A DNA stretch of 55,616 bases, taken from positions 1,740,014 through 1,795,629 of the forward strand of contig NC_068986.1 of the NCBI RefSeq assembly GCF_001194135.2, given 5' to 3'. Positions within the stretch are counted from its first letter, which is position 1, and every line of letters begins with the position of its first letter. The stretch is from Octopus bimaculoides (taxonomy: Eukaryota). A model generated the notes under the pieces. That model had not been told where the DNA came from and ran no database searches. It saw nothing but the letters and a program-made list of their open reading frames with translations. The translations under genes were made by a program, and so were the position numbers. Below, piece by piece: positions 24,966 through 37,925 of this stretch.

Positions 24966-25344
24966 AAACATACACACAGTCATTCATTTATTTCCTTTAA
25001 CATATGTGTCTCCATACTAGCATAGCTTGAATGGAAGGTTATAAGACAGGGTCTTTATAATGGCTTTTCCTGTTGCTAGCTTTTACCTGTTTATCAAGTG
25101 AGGGATTTCTTTTATTCCAGAGGAATTCGGAAATGCAGATTTAGTCGACAATTTACAGAAAGGAAATGTTGATAAACATCATATCTCACAGCTCAACTAC
25201 AAACTGTGATATCACCATTTATAGCTGATCTGCAAAATGGTGATGTCATCAGCTATATTTTTGTTTCGGTGTAGGTTGTAAGCATTCATACAAATATGCT
25301 TGAACATGATCCCAACACACACATATACACATATATTATATACA

Positions 25345-25500
25345 CAACAGGCTTCTTTTTAATTTCCATCTCGAAAATTACATACACAAGGCATTGGTGC
25401 TCTAGTAGAAAACACTTGTCCAAGGTGCCACACACTGGGACTGAATCCTAAGATGTAGTTGAGAAGCAAACTTCTTAACAACTCAACCAAACCTGTGTCT
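25345..25500 (-). mobile_element. SINE family S1, head and middle
   Basis: CACTTGTCCAAGGTGCCACACACTGGGACTGAATCC...AAGCAAACTTCTTAAC. Confidence 0.75.
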
Positions 25501-25719
25501 ATACACGTGTAATATTGATATAGAATTTTGGCACAAGACCAGCAATTTCAGAATAGGGGATTAGTCAATTACATCAGCCCCAGTATTCAACTGGTACTTA
25601 TTTTATCAACCCCGAAAGGATGAAAGGCATACATGCACACACACATGCACATACATACATACATATATTTCATTATGTTAAACCATTAATCCAGAGACAT
25701 TTTCTCTCTCTCCATTTCT

Positions 25720-25859
25720 TCTTTCTCCCTCCACTCATCCCTTTCTGTCAAAGAGCATAGGTTCGAAACATCAAAGATTTTTCCATTCTTTACAAGCATC
25801 AAACTAATACACCTGCTTATTGTTCCCTTACCCGTCTTTGTCTTTTCTGTACATTTGAA

Positions 25860-25862
<3 letters not shown>
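25720..25862 (+). mobile_element. Short element with a hammerhead-like motif (subfamily A, CpG-decayed)
   Basis: 25741-25776: CTTT CTGTCAA A GAGC atag GTTC GAAA C ATC AAAG; 3' end abuts (TA)n. Confidence 0.7.
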
Positions 25863-25899
<37 letters not shown>

Positions 25900-25915
25900 C
25901 TTGCTAGGTACACAC

Positions 25916-25949
<34 letters not shown>

Positions 25950-27321
25950 GTACAAAGAGAGAGACACACACACACACACACACACACACAGACGTATGTT
26001 TGTGAATGTAGTTTCTTATTTTTATTCATAACCATGCATGTTCACATAAATACAAATATCCATAAATATTTATATTTTATATTTGTTATGCAATTATTAT
26101 ACAAACAAGCTAAAATAAAACAGATGAGAATTGGTGAAAACCTCCTATTTTCATACACTTTCACAGTTTATGGACTTCCAAACACACAGTTATTTCTATT
26201 TCCTTGTCAGGCTCGTTTATGTAAATTCCATTATACTTTCTTTAGAACCTGCATCACATTACCAAATCAATTATTTTTATGTATACATTTGTATAAATAT
26301 ACAGTATTAGCTTCAGTTTCCATTTACAAACACACACATATATATATATTTACGTATGTATGTGTTTGTGCATGTGTGTGTGTTTGTGTGTGTCTGAATA
26401 TATGTTATATATATATATGTATAATATATATATATGTGTATATATATTTATATATATATGTGTGTATATTTATGTGTGTGTGTGTGTGTCTGAATATATG
26501 TTATATATATATATGTATAATATATATTTGTGTATATATACTTATATATATATGTGTGTATATTTATACGTGTGTGTGTGTATATACATATATGTATGTA
26601 TGTATGTATGCACATATGTATTTTCTCTGTAATTGTTTAATGTATATATATTTTTATATATACTGCACATTTCAAATTCATAAATATAGATATATTTAGT
26701 ATATTTCATAAACATCATACTGGATGTAAGACAGAAATCAATCATAAATTTACTCATGTTTACACTAAGCAAAAGCCTGTGACCAATAAAAAAAAAAAAC
26801 CGTTTTCTTTTTCTTTTCTTTCAACTCATTCACATTTTTTACATGTTATTTATCCTTATAATCACATCACAAAAATCAAATGTACAAAAAATATGTAAAA
26901 TAAATGTATAAAAATCCATTCACAAAAAAAAATGCTTTAACATAAACAGTATTAAGGCCAAATAATGAAATATAATCATCTTAGTATCGATGCTAGCAGT
27001 TATTATTGCTATTATTATTATTATCATTATTATTTTCTGATTTTTTTATTTATTTATTTTTATTTTGCATATAAACCCTCTGAAAGATTAAATCAAGTAA
27101 TTCTTGCTGACTGACTTTTTTTTCCATGCCATTCATGCAAAAGCTATTTTAATGGGAACAAAATGGTGCTTTGTATAATTGTATTTAAAATTTTATCTAA
27201 CCACCACCACTATCCTCCTCCTCATCATCATCGTCACCACCATCTTCATTATTGTTATTTAATTTCTTATCTAAAGTTAAAGGTAAAATTAGGCTAATGG
27301 TTTGAATTACAATGATTTCGT

Positions 27322-27487
27322 AACAGCGTAGCTGTGCGGTAAGAAGCTTGCTTCACAACCACATGTTTCTGGGTTCAGTCTCACTGCATGACACCTTTGC
27401 CAAGTGTCTTCTACTATGGCCTTGGGACAACCAAAACCTTGTGAATGGATTTGATAGACAAAAACTGAAAGAAGCCCATTATGTATG

Positions 27488-27544
<57 letters not shown>

Positions 27545-27710
27545 GTAACTAAATGGTTTCGCAAAAGTGTTCGATAGAATAAGTACCAGATTTGAATTTT
27601 AAAAAAGAGTACTAGGGTCAACTCATTTGACTTAAAATTCTTCAAGGTGGTGCCCCAGTATGGCTGCAGTCTAATGACTGGGACAAGTAAAAGATAAAAG
27701 ATAAAAAGAT
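27322..27710 (+). mobile_element. SINE family S1 with internal (TA)n
   Basis: S1 head, middle, (TA)n, partly deleted 3' half, GTAAAAGATAAAAGATAAAA tail. Confidence 0.85.
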
Positions 27711-27809
27711 CAACATTCTGTAATGTACCCACTATCCAGTTTGAAGTGACAGAAAGTTTAGTGGATTGTCAGAGTGACACATATTTTAAGGTCGAGAATA
27801 TTCCATAAC

Positions 27810-28010
27810 TTACTTCAGTCATTTGACTGTAGCCATGCTAGAGCACCACCTCGAAGGGTTTTAGTTGAACAAATTGATCCCAGGGCTTGTGTTTTAAGCC
27901 TAATACTTATTCTATCAGTCTCATTTGCCAACCTGCTAGGCTACGGGGATGTAAATACACCAACTCTGGTTGTCAAGCGGTGATGAGGGGACAAACACAG
28001 AGAAACACAC
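27810..28010 (-). mobile_element. SINE family S1, 3' half only
   Basis: CAGTCATTTGACTGTAGCCATGCTAGAGCACCACC...GGGACAAAC, then (CA)n. Confidence 0.85.
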
Positions 28011-28039
28011 ACACACACACACACAAATATAAAAAGAAA

Positions 28040-28350
28040 ATCAAATCCAAAACAGACACTGAAGCCTGGTGCAATCTTCTGCCTAGGCAGCTCCATCTCA
28101 AACTGTCCAACCCATGCCAGCATGGAAAGCAGACATTAAAATGATGATGATATTACACATATATATCATCATCATCATTCAATGTCTGTTTTGCCATGGG
28201 CCAGACAAATTTGTTGAGGCAGATTTTTTACAGCTGGATGCTCTTCCTGTTGCTAATCTTTACGGTTTCCAAGCAAGGAAATATTTCTCAATGGCCAGAC
28301 ATGATTTTCATGGAGGATTACTTGTATGATGAAGACGCTTGTTCACAAAC
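28040..28350. mobile_element. Tail-to-tail decayed RTE-type 3' UTR fragments
   Basis: Plus copy ending CCAACCCATGCCAGCATGGAAAGCAGACATTAAAATGATG (~28150); minus copy with CAGCTGGATGCTCTTCCTG (28166-28350). Confidence 0.65.
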
Positions 28351-28434
28351 ATCATGTGATGTCAAGACAAGGAAACACACATATGCACACACACACATGC
28401 ATATATATATATATATATATGCACACACACATGC

Positions 28435-28465
<31 letters not shown>

Positions 28466-28689
28466 CACACATGCATATATATGTGTGTGTGTGTGTGTGT
28501 GTAGAGACATATATACATATATACCCATAGCATCCATCACAAATAGATGCTGCTTATTAGTTTTGTTTTGTTTTTTTGTATTTTCATTCTAATGACACTT
28601 TTTTATCTTTCTGGCCCACTCTGCCACACTTTCACAACTGAAGCATCGATAGCACAACAGACAACAGTGGAATGCATTAGTTATATAAA

Positions 28690-30034
28690 CATCATCATCA
28701 TCATCATCATCGTCGTTTAACGTCCGCTTTCCATGCTAGCATGGGTTGGACGATTTGACTGAGGACTGGTGAAACCGGATGGCAACACCAGGCTCCAGTC
28801 TGATTTGGCAGAGTTTCTACAGCTGGATGCCCTTCCTAACGCCAACCACTCAGAGAGTGTAGTGGGTGCTTTTATGTGTCACCCGCACGAAAACGGCCAC
28901 NNNNNNNNNNNNNNNNNNNNNNNNNNNNNNNNNNNNNNNNNNNNNNNNNNNNNNNNNNNNNNNNNNNNNNNNNNNNNNNNNNNNNNNNNNNNNNNNNNNN
29001 NNNNNNNNNNNNNNNNNNNNNNNNNNNNNNNNNNNNNNNNNNNNNNNNNNNNNNNNNNNNNNNNNNNNNNNNNNNNNNNNNNNNNNNNNNNNNNNNNNNN
29101 NNNNNNNNNNNNNNNNNNNNNNNNNNNNNNNNNNNNNNNNNNNNNNNNNNNNNNNNNNNNNNNNNNNNNNNNNNNNNNNNNNNNNNNNNNNNNNNNNNNN
29201 NNNNNNNNNNNNNNNNNNNNNNNNNNNNNNNNNNNNNNNNNNNNNNNNNNNNNNNNNNNNNNNNNNNNNNNNNNNNNNNNNNNNNNNNNNNNNNNNNNNN
29301 NNNNNNNNNNNNNNNNNNNNNNNNNNNNNNNNNNNNNNNNNNNNNNNNNNNNNNNNNNNNNNNNNNNNNNNNNNNNNNNNNNNNNNNNNNNNNNNNNNNN
29401 NNNNNNNNNNNNNNNNNNNNNNNNNNNNNNNNNNNNNNNNNNNNNNNNNNNNNNNNNNNNNNNNNNNNNNNNNNNNNNNNNNNNNNNNNNNNNNNNNNNN
29501 NNNNNNNNNNNNNNNNNNNNNNNNNNNNNNNNNNNNNNNNNNNNNNNNNNNNNNNNNNNNNNNNNNNNNNNNNNNNNNNNNNNNNNNNNNNNNNNNNNNN
29601 NNNNNNNNNNNNNNNNNNNNNNNNNNNNNNNNNNNNNNNNNNNNNNNNNNNNNNNNNNNNNNNNNNNNNNNNNNGCAGTTACAGCCCATGTTTCACTGCC
29701 ATGTAGCATGGTTGTTCGTACGCATGCGTCATACAGTCTGCCTTTTACTCTGAGTGAGAGTCCCTTTGTCGCCAGCAGGGGTAAGAGCTCTCTAAACTTT
29801 GGCCAGGCTATTCTTATTCTAGCAGCTACACTTTCAGCGCACCCACCCCCACTACTAACTTGGTCGCCCAGATAGCGGAAGCTATCGACTACCTCTAGTT
29901 TTTCACCCTGGAATGAGATAGAAGTTGTTTCCTGTTTGTTTGCAGTCTTTATTGCACCTGAACATCTGCCACAAACAAAAACTAACTTGCTAGTTAACCT
30001 GCCTTTGATGTTGCTGCACCTCTTATGTGTCCTA
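28690..30034 (-). mobile_element. 5'-truncated RTE-clade LINE (RT C-terminal part, gap, 3' UTR, (GAT)n tail)
   Basis: ORF 28879-30054 contains VVDSFRYLGDQVSSGGGCAESVAARIRIAWPKFRELLPLLATKGLSLRVKGRLYDACVRTTMLHGSETWAV, typical of RTE RTs. The 3' UTR matches other copies in the window and ends in (GAT)n at ~28690. 28901-29674 is N. Confidence 0.92.
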
Positions 30035-30519
30035 AATATTGTAATTAGTGTCACCTTGACATAACAATCTTCGGATCAGGTGATATTTAGGTAGTGTATC
30101 CATTTACATACTGACCCCAAAATTTATATAAATGTGAGAATTTGATGAAACATAATATAAACATATCATCATCACCACCACCACCATCACCACCACCACC
30201 CGTCTTTCATGTCAGCATGGGTGAGACAATATTCAGATCAAAGAGTTTGATAACCAAAATTAAATATTCTACGTTGCTGCTTGCTTTTCTCAATGCAGCA
30301 GAATACATGTATAATTTGTGCTCTTATTTTTTTTTTTTTTGTGTGTGTGTGTCCTTGGTTAGTGTTATTTCCTATTGGTTTCTATCTAGAAATCAAAGGA
30401 AATGACTACTATTCCCTTCAAACTTTGCTCTTGTGACCTGGACATCATTGTTTTGAAACTGACCCATTTTCCATTACATTTCAGACAGATTCAGTGCTGA
30501 GTTGCTGAAGCAGAAATAT

Positions 30520-30740
30520 TCTTTTCTACTCTAGGCACAAGGCCCTAAATTTCTGGAGGGTGGGGGGGCAGTCAATTAGATCGACCCCAGTACACAACTG
30601 GTACTTAATTTATCAACCCCAAAAGGATGAAAAGAAAAGTTGACCTCAATGGAATTTGAACTCAGAACATAAAGACAGACGAAATACCGCTAAGCACTTC
30701 GCCTGGCGTGCTAATGTTTCTGCTAGTTCGCTGCCTTGCT
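30520..30740 (-). mobile_element. SINE family S2
   Basis: Reverse complement of 49168-49382. Confidence 0.88.
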
Positions 30741-31292
30741 GAAGCAGAAATATTGTTATAGTGAATATCCTTCTAATGACCAATGATTTTCTTGTCAGTT
30801 GCTTGACTTTAACCACTTAAGCATGTCTGTTAGTGGCTGACAATGCATGCATCTCTGATCATGAGCAGGAGTAGTGGGGGAGCATCATAGCCATGTGTTG
30901 AGAGAGATTCTTTGGGGTTTGGATAAATGTAAAAAAAGCAATGTTTAAAGGAAATATTAGCCCTTTTTCATATTTTCTAGGAGTAAGCGAAAAGGAAATA
31001 ATTACTACCCAAGGACAAAAATCGTGTTACACAATGTTATACATTCTAGAAGAAACCTATTTGCATCACTTTAACAGGGAACTAGTTTTTCCACAAAGAG
31101 AAAATGAGATGGCTCAGACTAAATCACTGTCCAAAATCTGAAATTCAATCCTAACTGATATACTCAAATTTACATTTCATCACCTTATTTCAAGTATATA
31201 CATTCTGTCAAATGTAATGCACCTTTAATCACATCATTTTCAAGAAATCATACATTATCTCATAGCTTTGAGACTTCCATGATGCGATTACT

Positions 31293-31488
31293 CTTTTACT
31301 TGTTTCAGTCATTTGACTGCAGCCATGCTGGAGCACCACCTTTAGTTGAGCAAATCGACCCCAGAGCTTATTCTTTGTAAGCCTAGTACTTATTCTATCG
31401 GTCTCTTTTGCCGAAATGCTAAGTTACGGGGATGTAAACACACCAGCATTGGTTGTCAAGCAATGTTGCGGGGACAAACACAGATGCA

Positions 31489-31562
<74 letters not shown>

Positions 31563-31735
31563 CATATATACGACGAGCTTCTTTCAGTTTCCGTCTAGCA
31601 AATCTACTCACAAGGCTTTGGTCGGCCCGAGGCTATAGTAGAAGACACTTGCCCAAGGTGCCACGCAGTGGGACTGAACCTGGAACAATGTGGTTAGTAA
31701 GCAAGCTACTTACCACACAGCCACTCCTGCGCCTA
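31293..31735 (-). mobile_element. SINE family S1, full length, internal (CA)n/(TA)n
   Basis: Reverse complement of the S1 modules; relatively intact (GGTCGGCCCGAGGCTATAGTAGAAGAC). Confidence 0.92.
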
Positions 31736-32880
31736 TGCTTTTTAAAAGGACATCATAGCATAGGCATGAGAGGCCAGATCTGGCCAGTTTGAACATAAAA
31801 CAAAAAGATTATGACTGGGTATGGCCAGTTTAAATGCTATACTTGATAGGACAAAACCATGTTTTTCCAAAACTTTCAGTTCAAGTTTTCCACAATGTAA
31901 TGAGATTGTTTGTTCTCTAACAGTGTCAAAAATTTAACATCCAACCCAAACTGACACTGCCAAAGCTACATATCATTAGCTTCTTTCAAATATATTTGCT
32001 TAAAGAGAGTTCATTAAGTTACACAGCAACAACATGTTCAACAAAAGTCAGACTGAGTCATTTGCAGACAATGATCAGCAGCTATAAAGAGAATTGCTGT
32101 CTGCTGTTAAGATTCTTCAGAGATGTCTCTCAAACATTTATCAATCAGAAGCAATTTAAATATGAATATATTTCTTCACTTAGTTTCTCTTTTCTTACAT
32201 TTTTGTTCATCTTGTAATTTATAGCCCTGCAAATTTATTCATGAGTATACTCATGTAAGGAATAACTGTATCAATCCAAGCCAGCATACACACACACATA
32301 CACACACACACAGAAATACACATATACACAGGCATACACACAAATACACACACACACACGTGCATATATATATATATGTATAACCCATGCTAGCATGGAA
32401 AGCGGACGTTAAACGATGATGATGATGATGATGTGTATGAATGAATGTCAATGGCTGAGTGATGATAACGTTTGCTTCCCAGTCATGAAGTGTCAGAGTT
32501 GGTCATGATGATTGCATGCATCTGTCTGTGTGTATGAATGCGTGCATACATGTCGATGGGTGTGGGTGTGTGTGTGTGTGTGTAAATATAGATATATGTA
32601 TGTATGAATGTATATATATATACATATATATAAATATACACACATGCAACACACAAATATACATATATATTTATAAGGTTGTTGCAGTACGCACGTTTCA
32701 TGCTACTCCATTTATTTAAGTAATGCGAGCATTACATTAAATGCAAAATGCAGAGCAATCACCTTGTTTTTGGAATTGTTTGGATAATACCATACTATAT
32801 TCTGGTGCCTAAACTTAAGTGCCAAATTCAATTTTGAATCTATATATTTATATATACATATATATATGCATTATACATAC

Positions 32881-32919
<39 letters not shown>

Positions 32920-33374
32920 ATATAGTTATATACATATATATATGTATGTGTATGTATGTGTGTGTGTATATATATGTATGTATGTGTGTATGTATGTATA
33001 CACATGAATTAGTCAGAGTTAAATATCAGAATGAATTATGCAATGAAAATTCATGTTACAATTTTAAGAATTTCTCTCCTTCTACCCCGCAGTTATAATA
33101 GAAACTGTTCTACCAAAACAAATGCTAGCAAGTAATGAAAAAAAAAAAAGATATATAAATATATATACATAGATACATCATACATCATACATATAAGGAT
33201 ATTATAAAACAAGGATGGAGGATAACAGTCTTTAAGAGAAGATCACAACATTTGTTTCTGCACAGCACACCAGCTTTGAGTCACTGAGTTTATATGCAAA
33301 TACTATTATAGAAGATTGTTCTTTATAATTGTTATAATATATTTGATTATTTTTCAGCAACAGCCATGTATAGG

Positions 33375-33523
33375 TGGTTCATCGAGTAGGAAGGACATCC
33401 TGCCATAAAAGCCATGCCAAAACAGACACAGTAGCCTGGGGTAGTCTTCTACCTGGCCAGCTCCTGTCAAACTGTTCAACCCATACTAGCATGGAAGGCA
33501 GATGTTAAATGATGATTATGATG

Positions 33524-33559
<36 letters not shown>

Positions 33560-33660
33560 GCATTCAGCTGTAGAAACCATACCAAATCAGACTGGAGTCT
33601 GGTGCAGCCTCCCAGCTGGCCAGCCCTGGTCAAACTGTCCAACCCATGCCAGCATGGACA
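33375..33660 (+). mobile_element. Two tandem RTE 3' UTR fragments separated by (TA)n
   Basis: AAGGACATCC...CAACCCATACTAGCATGGAAGG (33375-33530) and AAGGGCATTCAGCTGTAGAAAC...CAACCCATGCCAGCATGG (33558-33660). Confidence 0.75.
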
Positions 33661-33984
33661 ATGAATTCAGTTATACCTTCTAAAAACATTGGGAAATAAG
33701 CCGAGAGAATGGAATATATACACTGTTGCACTCAAACTGCTAGAAATAGCAGCCAAATTTCCCTCGAATAATACCTCATCATTCATTTTATATAAGGAAG
33801 AATACATTAAACAATGTATTGCTGCATTCACTAGTTCTCAGATAAATAAAACAGAATGGTCATGCTGGAAAAGCTCTGGTCATGAATTTGCTGGATTAGA
33901 GCAGATATGAAGCTAAGCAACAACAATAGAGTTTTAGGAAATGTATGAATGGCCATACTGCTCACTTTATCTTTGCCTGCAAAG

Positions 33985-35620
33985 ATGAGCAATCATACAA
34001 TTATACATTAGTCTCATTATAAAGTTAAGCACCTTTCAATATACTTCCACATTATTTTATAATTTTCAATATAATTATTTCTTAAAGTAAACATGTCAAA
34101 AAAAAATCTTTCAAGATTTCTGAAAGCATACTAATGTTGACTGAATCTTAACTTGAATGGTTTCTCAATCAACCAAATACAATTCATAGAAACTGAATTA
34201 TTGTCAATGTAAATACTTTTGCACAATAAACTATTCATTCCAAAACAAGTAAATTATTTACACTGTTCAAACAGTTCCACAAACTGAAATTGGATGTATT
34301 AGCTGTTTCTGATTTTTAAAGTTAATATTTTCTACTTATGCAGCAAAATCATGTTACATCCCAAATCTCATTGCTTATGCTGTTAAAAAGTACTTATCTA
34401 ATAAGTTACAGAAATGCTTAGCAAAAAGTATATTCACATTATAACTGAATAAAGAAGTAAACAAAATTCTGTTTACTATTTTTATGCATCTGAGAACTTA
34501 TATCATTATTTATGAATTTAATATTATCCTTAAAGCCACTGCATTTCAGCACTTTATTATAATAAGATGCTGTCTTTCTGGAGAAAGATATAAGATGAAT
34601 AATACTGGATAATCATTTACTAACATTTTTCAAGAAATAATTAATAGCAGGCACGTGATTTGAAGCATTATTTAATGAACTGTAATTCTTCATTTCACTT
34701 CCTAAATGGTGAGCATTTGTTTCCAGTTGAATTTAAAGTAAAACTTTAAAAAAATAATCAGATGCGTAAATTTGTCTCAACAGTAATGTTTACGTATAAT
34801 TCATTAAATCACTTAGAACTCAATCCTGAGCATTCATAACTTAGGTTGTAATTAGCCAGTCATCTTGATATAAATCACACAGTAATTTATCAAATTTAAT
34901 AAATAGATATAAAATACAAAAACCAATACACTCACAAATTTCAGCAGAATCTACTCTATCCATTACTACATCAAAATAATTAGCGTTATTCTTCTTTATC
35001 CATAGATCATTATCGAAAGAAAGTGACGATCTTCTTGCAAACATGAAGATTTTGTTATCAGAATTGAAATATAATTCTTGGTAAAGTCAGAAAAAATGCT
35101 TTTTTGAGCAACAATTTAACTATTAATGAATATAATTCAATTATATCAAACTGGATAAATTTATAAAGATGCTTATTACTAATACTATTAAACTAATTAA
35201 TAATACAAATACTGTTCTTCCATCATGTTAAATACATTGTTTATTAAATTTCAACAATAACAGTGTCTAAAGTACTTTTATTCACTATCCTTAACTTGTT
35301 GGATTTAATTAACATACATGGTTGATTATTAAAAAAAATTCTGTTTGTGATCCTTCAATGTAATGTAAGGTCATCAAAAACTAAATATTTAATCTGGTTG
35401 CCTATTTCTAACTCAGTAAATATTTCCTTAACTTCTGAATTGATGGAATGAGTGAAGTGCCATTAGTGACTTTTATAATTATTAAAAAATCTTTTGTAAT
35501 ATCTAAGCCTATTATTAGATCTTTGAATATGAAGTTGTCAAAGTACATTTGGATTTTAAACCAGTAAGGTATCAGATTAAATTTGCTACCAATATATTTA
35601 TAAGACTTCCACACTGATTA
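33985..35620 (-). mobile_element. Decayed Penelope-like retroelement: RT plus C-terminal GIY-YIG endonuclease (pseudogenised)
   Basis: Manual minus-strand translation gives collinear PLE motifs despite stops and frameshifts: YITLKDHKQNF (~35330-35367), NKHLYKFIQFDIIELY, FDVVMDRVDSAEICECIG, LYQDDWL (YxDD at 34859-34870), ASYYNKVLKCSGF, SYNVNILFAKHFCNLLDKYF, LIEKPFKLRFSQH, NYKIMWKYIER. Confidence 0.85.
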
Positions 35621-36073
35621 CATCAACCAAATTTCACTCTTAAATATTTGATCAACTCAAAACTTTGTTCGAAGACATTTACCTAAAGTACTACACACTA
35701 AGATGAACCCATGGTTCAATAGTTGCAAAGCAAACCTCTTAACCACATAGCTATTCATGTGTCCCTATCAAGCAGAACAAATATGACAAGACTAGTTGTT
35801 TTTTGATGTCACTGAAAGGGCTTTCAGCAGCCTGCTCTAACAGATTGAAACATCCACTTTAAGTCTGTGTCCCAACATCTTTAGAATTACGTGTCTGTTG
35901 TTATAGCAACAGCTATTAACAAAATTAACAAATATATCTATCAGATAAATGTAAAGATATAATTTAAAAAAACAGTGTTGCTAAAATACTTCAGTATAAT
36001 CAAATATAAATATCACTAGAAATTAATGAAAGATACACAGATACATATATATATGTATATGCATAAATATGTT

Positions 36074-36117
<44 letters not shown>

Positions 36118-36204
36118 ATGTGTATGTATATGTGTCTGTATATACATATATACATATATATATATATGTATATGTATAAAAGATGAGAGAAAGAGAATGG
36201 AATT

Positions 36205-36460
36205 CATGAGACTCTTTATCATCCATTACATTCATTCTGACCCATCCTGTTTGCATGGGTCAGATGAAGTTTAAACGACGCAGTTTTTCTGCAGCAGGTG
36301 ACCCTTAACGTGCAGGTTTTCTCATTGAGGGAGAAAGATGGGGTAAACCAGATGACTTTTATGGCAGCACCTCCTTTTGTGCAGGGCCAGGCATATAGGT
36401 CATGCAGTCCTTTAACCTGCTGGCTGCCCAAACCACATTGTAATAGTGGGGCCGCAGCAT
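36205..36460 (-). mobile_element. Old RTE-type 3' UTR fragment
   Basis: Degenerate ACCCATCCTGTTTGCATGGG...TTTTCTGCAGCAGGTGACCCTT block similar to the RTE tails. Confidence 0.5.
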
Positions 36461-37889
36461 CAAAACCATCTTTATTTGAGGATAGATAGTTATATGTTGA
36501 CATGTATTTTTTTTTTTTTCTATTTTGCTCTAGAACTTAAGAATCGCCTCGGTTTGTCTTTAATGTTATTAACAAACAATTTGACATCAATTAGCACCAC
36601 CTGACGAATAATAACTGTGATTAAGCTGATGACGACGACGACGACGACAACGACGAGGAGTCAGTTGTCAAGCTCACATGTCTTAATCGGAGCATGTACC
36701 TTCTAAATTAAGTTAGAGCAAGAATAAATGTATATTCTTGTATGGAATTAATTTATTTGTATCTTCCGTGGCTTTGTTACATAATTACATTCTGAAAAAC
36801 AAAAAGTATGCAGGTCAGAAGATGAAAGCCAGCTTGTCATTAAGTGTAAGCTAAACTGGCTGAAGATTCAATAGAGAATACAACTTCCATTTTACCCAGT
36901 AATGAAGTAAGTGCCAAAGGCAAATACAACCACACAGTTGTTCCATAGGATACATTAACTCAATACATTGTTGTATGTATATGGGACAATAATTACACAA
37001 ATTTCTGATCATCATTCTGTTCCCTAAGACTGCATTGAGGCTCATCTTCTCACTCTTTCTTGTGGACAGCTCAATATCTATGTTGAAATGTTAAAGGTGT
37101 TTTAATGTAGATTTAAAATGTTTTAATATGAACGATATTAGAGGGTGCAAAGTATCTGCCATTTTGATATACAGAAGATCAATAAGCCCTACTGCTGTGT
37201 CATGAGCCCTGCCTATATTGATTGCTAATTGACCACATTCCCAAGTGAACAACAGAGCCTGCAGAATGCTAGCCTGTCATTTCCAAGAAAGCTACTATAA
37301 AGGGTTTTCCTTTCATTTTTTTTTTTGTTTCTTTGAGCCAGTTGATCTTTTTGTGATCATATTTCTCAGAAACCAACCTCCCTAAATTTCGTTTAATTTA
37401 GAAAACAATGAAGAATATGGAAGGATCTAGTAACTCTTTTACTCTTTTACTTGCTTCAGTCATTTGACTGTGGCCATGCTGGAGCACCGCCTTTAGTCGA
37501 TGCCCTTCCTAATGCCAACCACTTTACCGAATGTAGTAAGTGCTTTTTTATGTGACCCCCAGTATCAGTGAGGTCACCAAGTAACTTGCAAGAGAAGACC
37601 CTTCAACCGAGGGGGCTATGTAATATTCAAGAAGATGGCTTTGTCCCAATCTGATGAGAGTTAAAAGTATGATAGAGGCACAGAAACAGGTGTCTTGCTG
37701 TAGAGGAGATACCTGGGTGTGAAAGAGAAGATGGTGGCTAAGATGTGTCAGGGAATGTCCTCAAGTTGCAGTGAGCTGAATGTAAGAGAAATGGTAAGGA
37801 TTGGACAGGGTGAGTGGGTGCATAAATTCATGATGTGTGTGTGTGAGTGTGTGTGTGTATGTGTGTGTGTGTGTATGTGTGTGAGTGTG

Positions 37890-37923
<34 letters not shown>

Positions 37924-37925
<2 letters not shown>

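Noticed and set aside
23942-25210. Plus-strand acceptor-like sites at 23942 and ~25120
   Set aside because: The first is closed in all frames at once, the second gives only a 29-aa run to a stop, and no plus-strand gene context supports them.
37645-37700. CTGATGAG...GAAAC...GTC hammerhead-like spacing
   Set aside because: Neither helix I nor helix II pairs; the region is a decayed RTE-type UTR.
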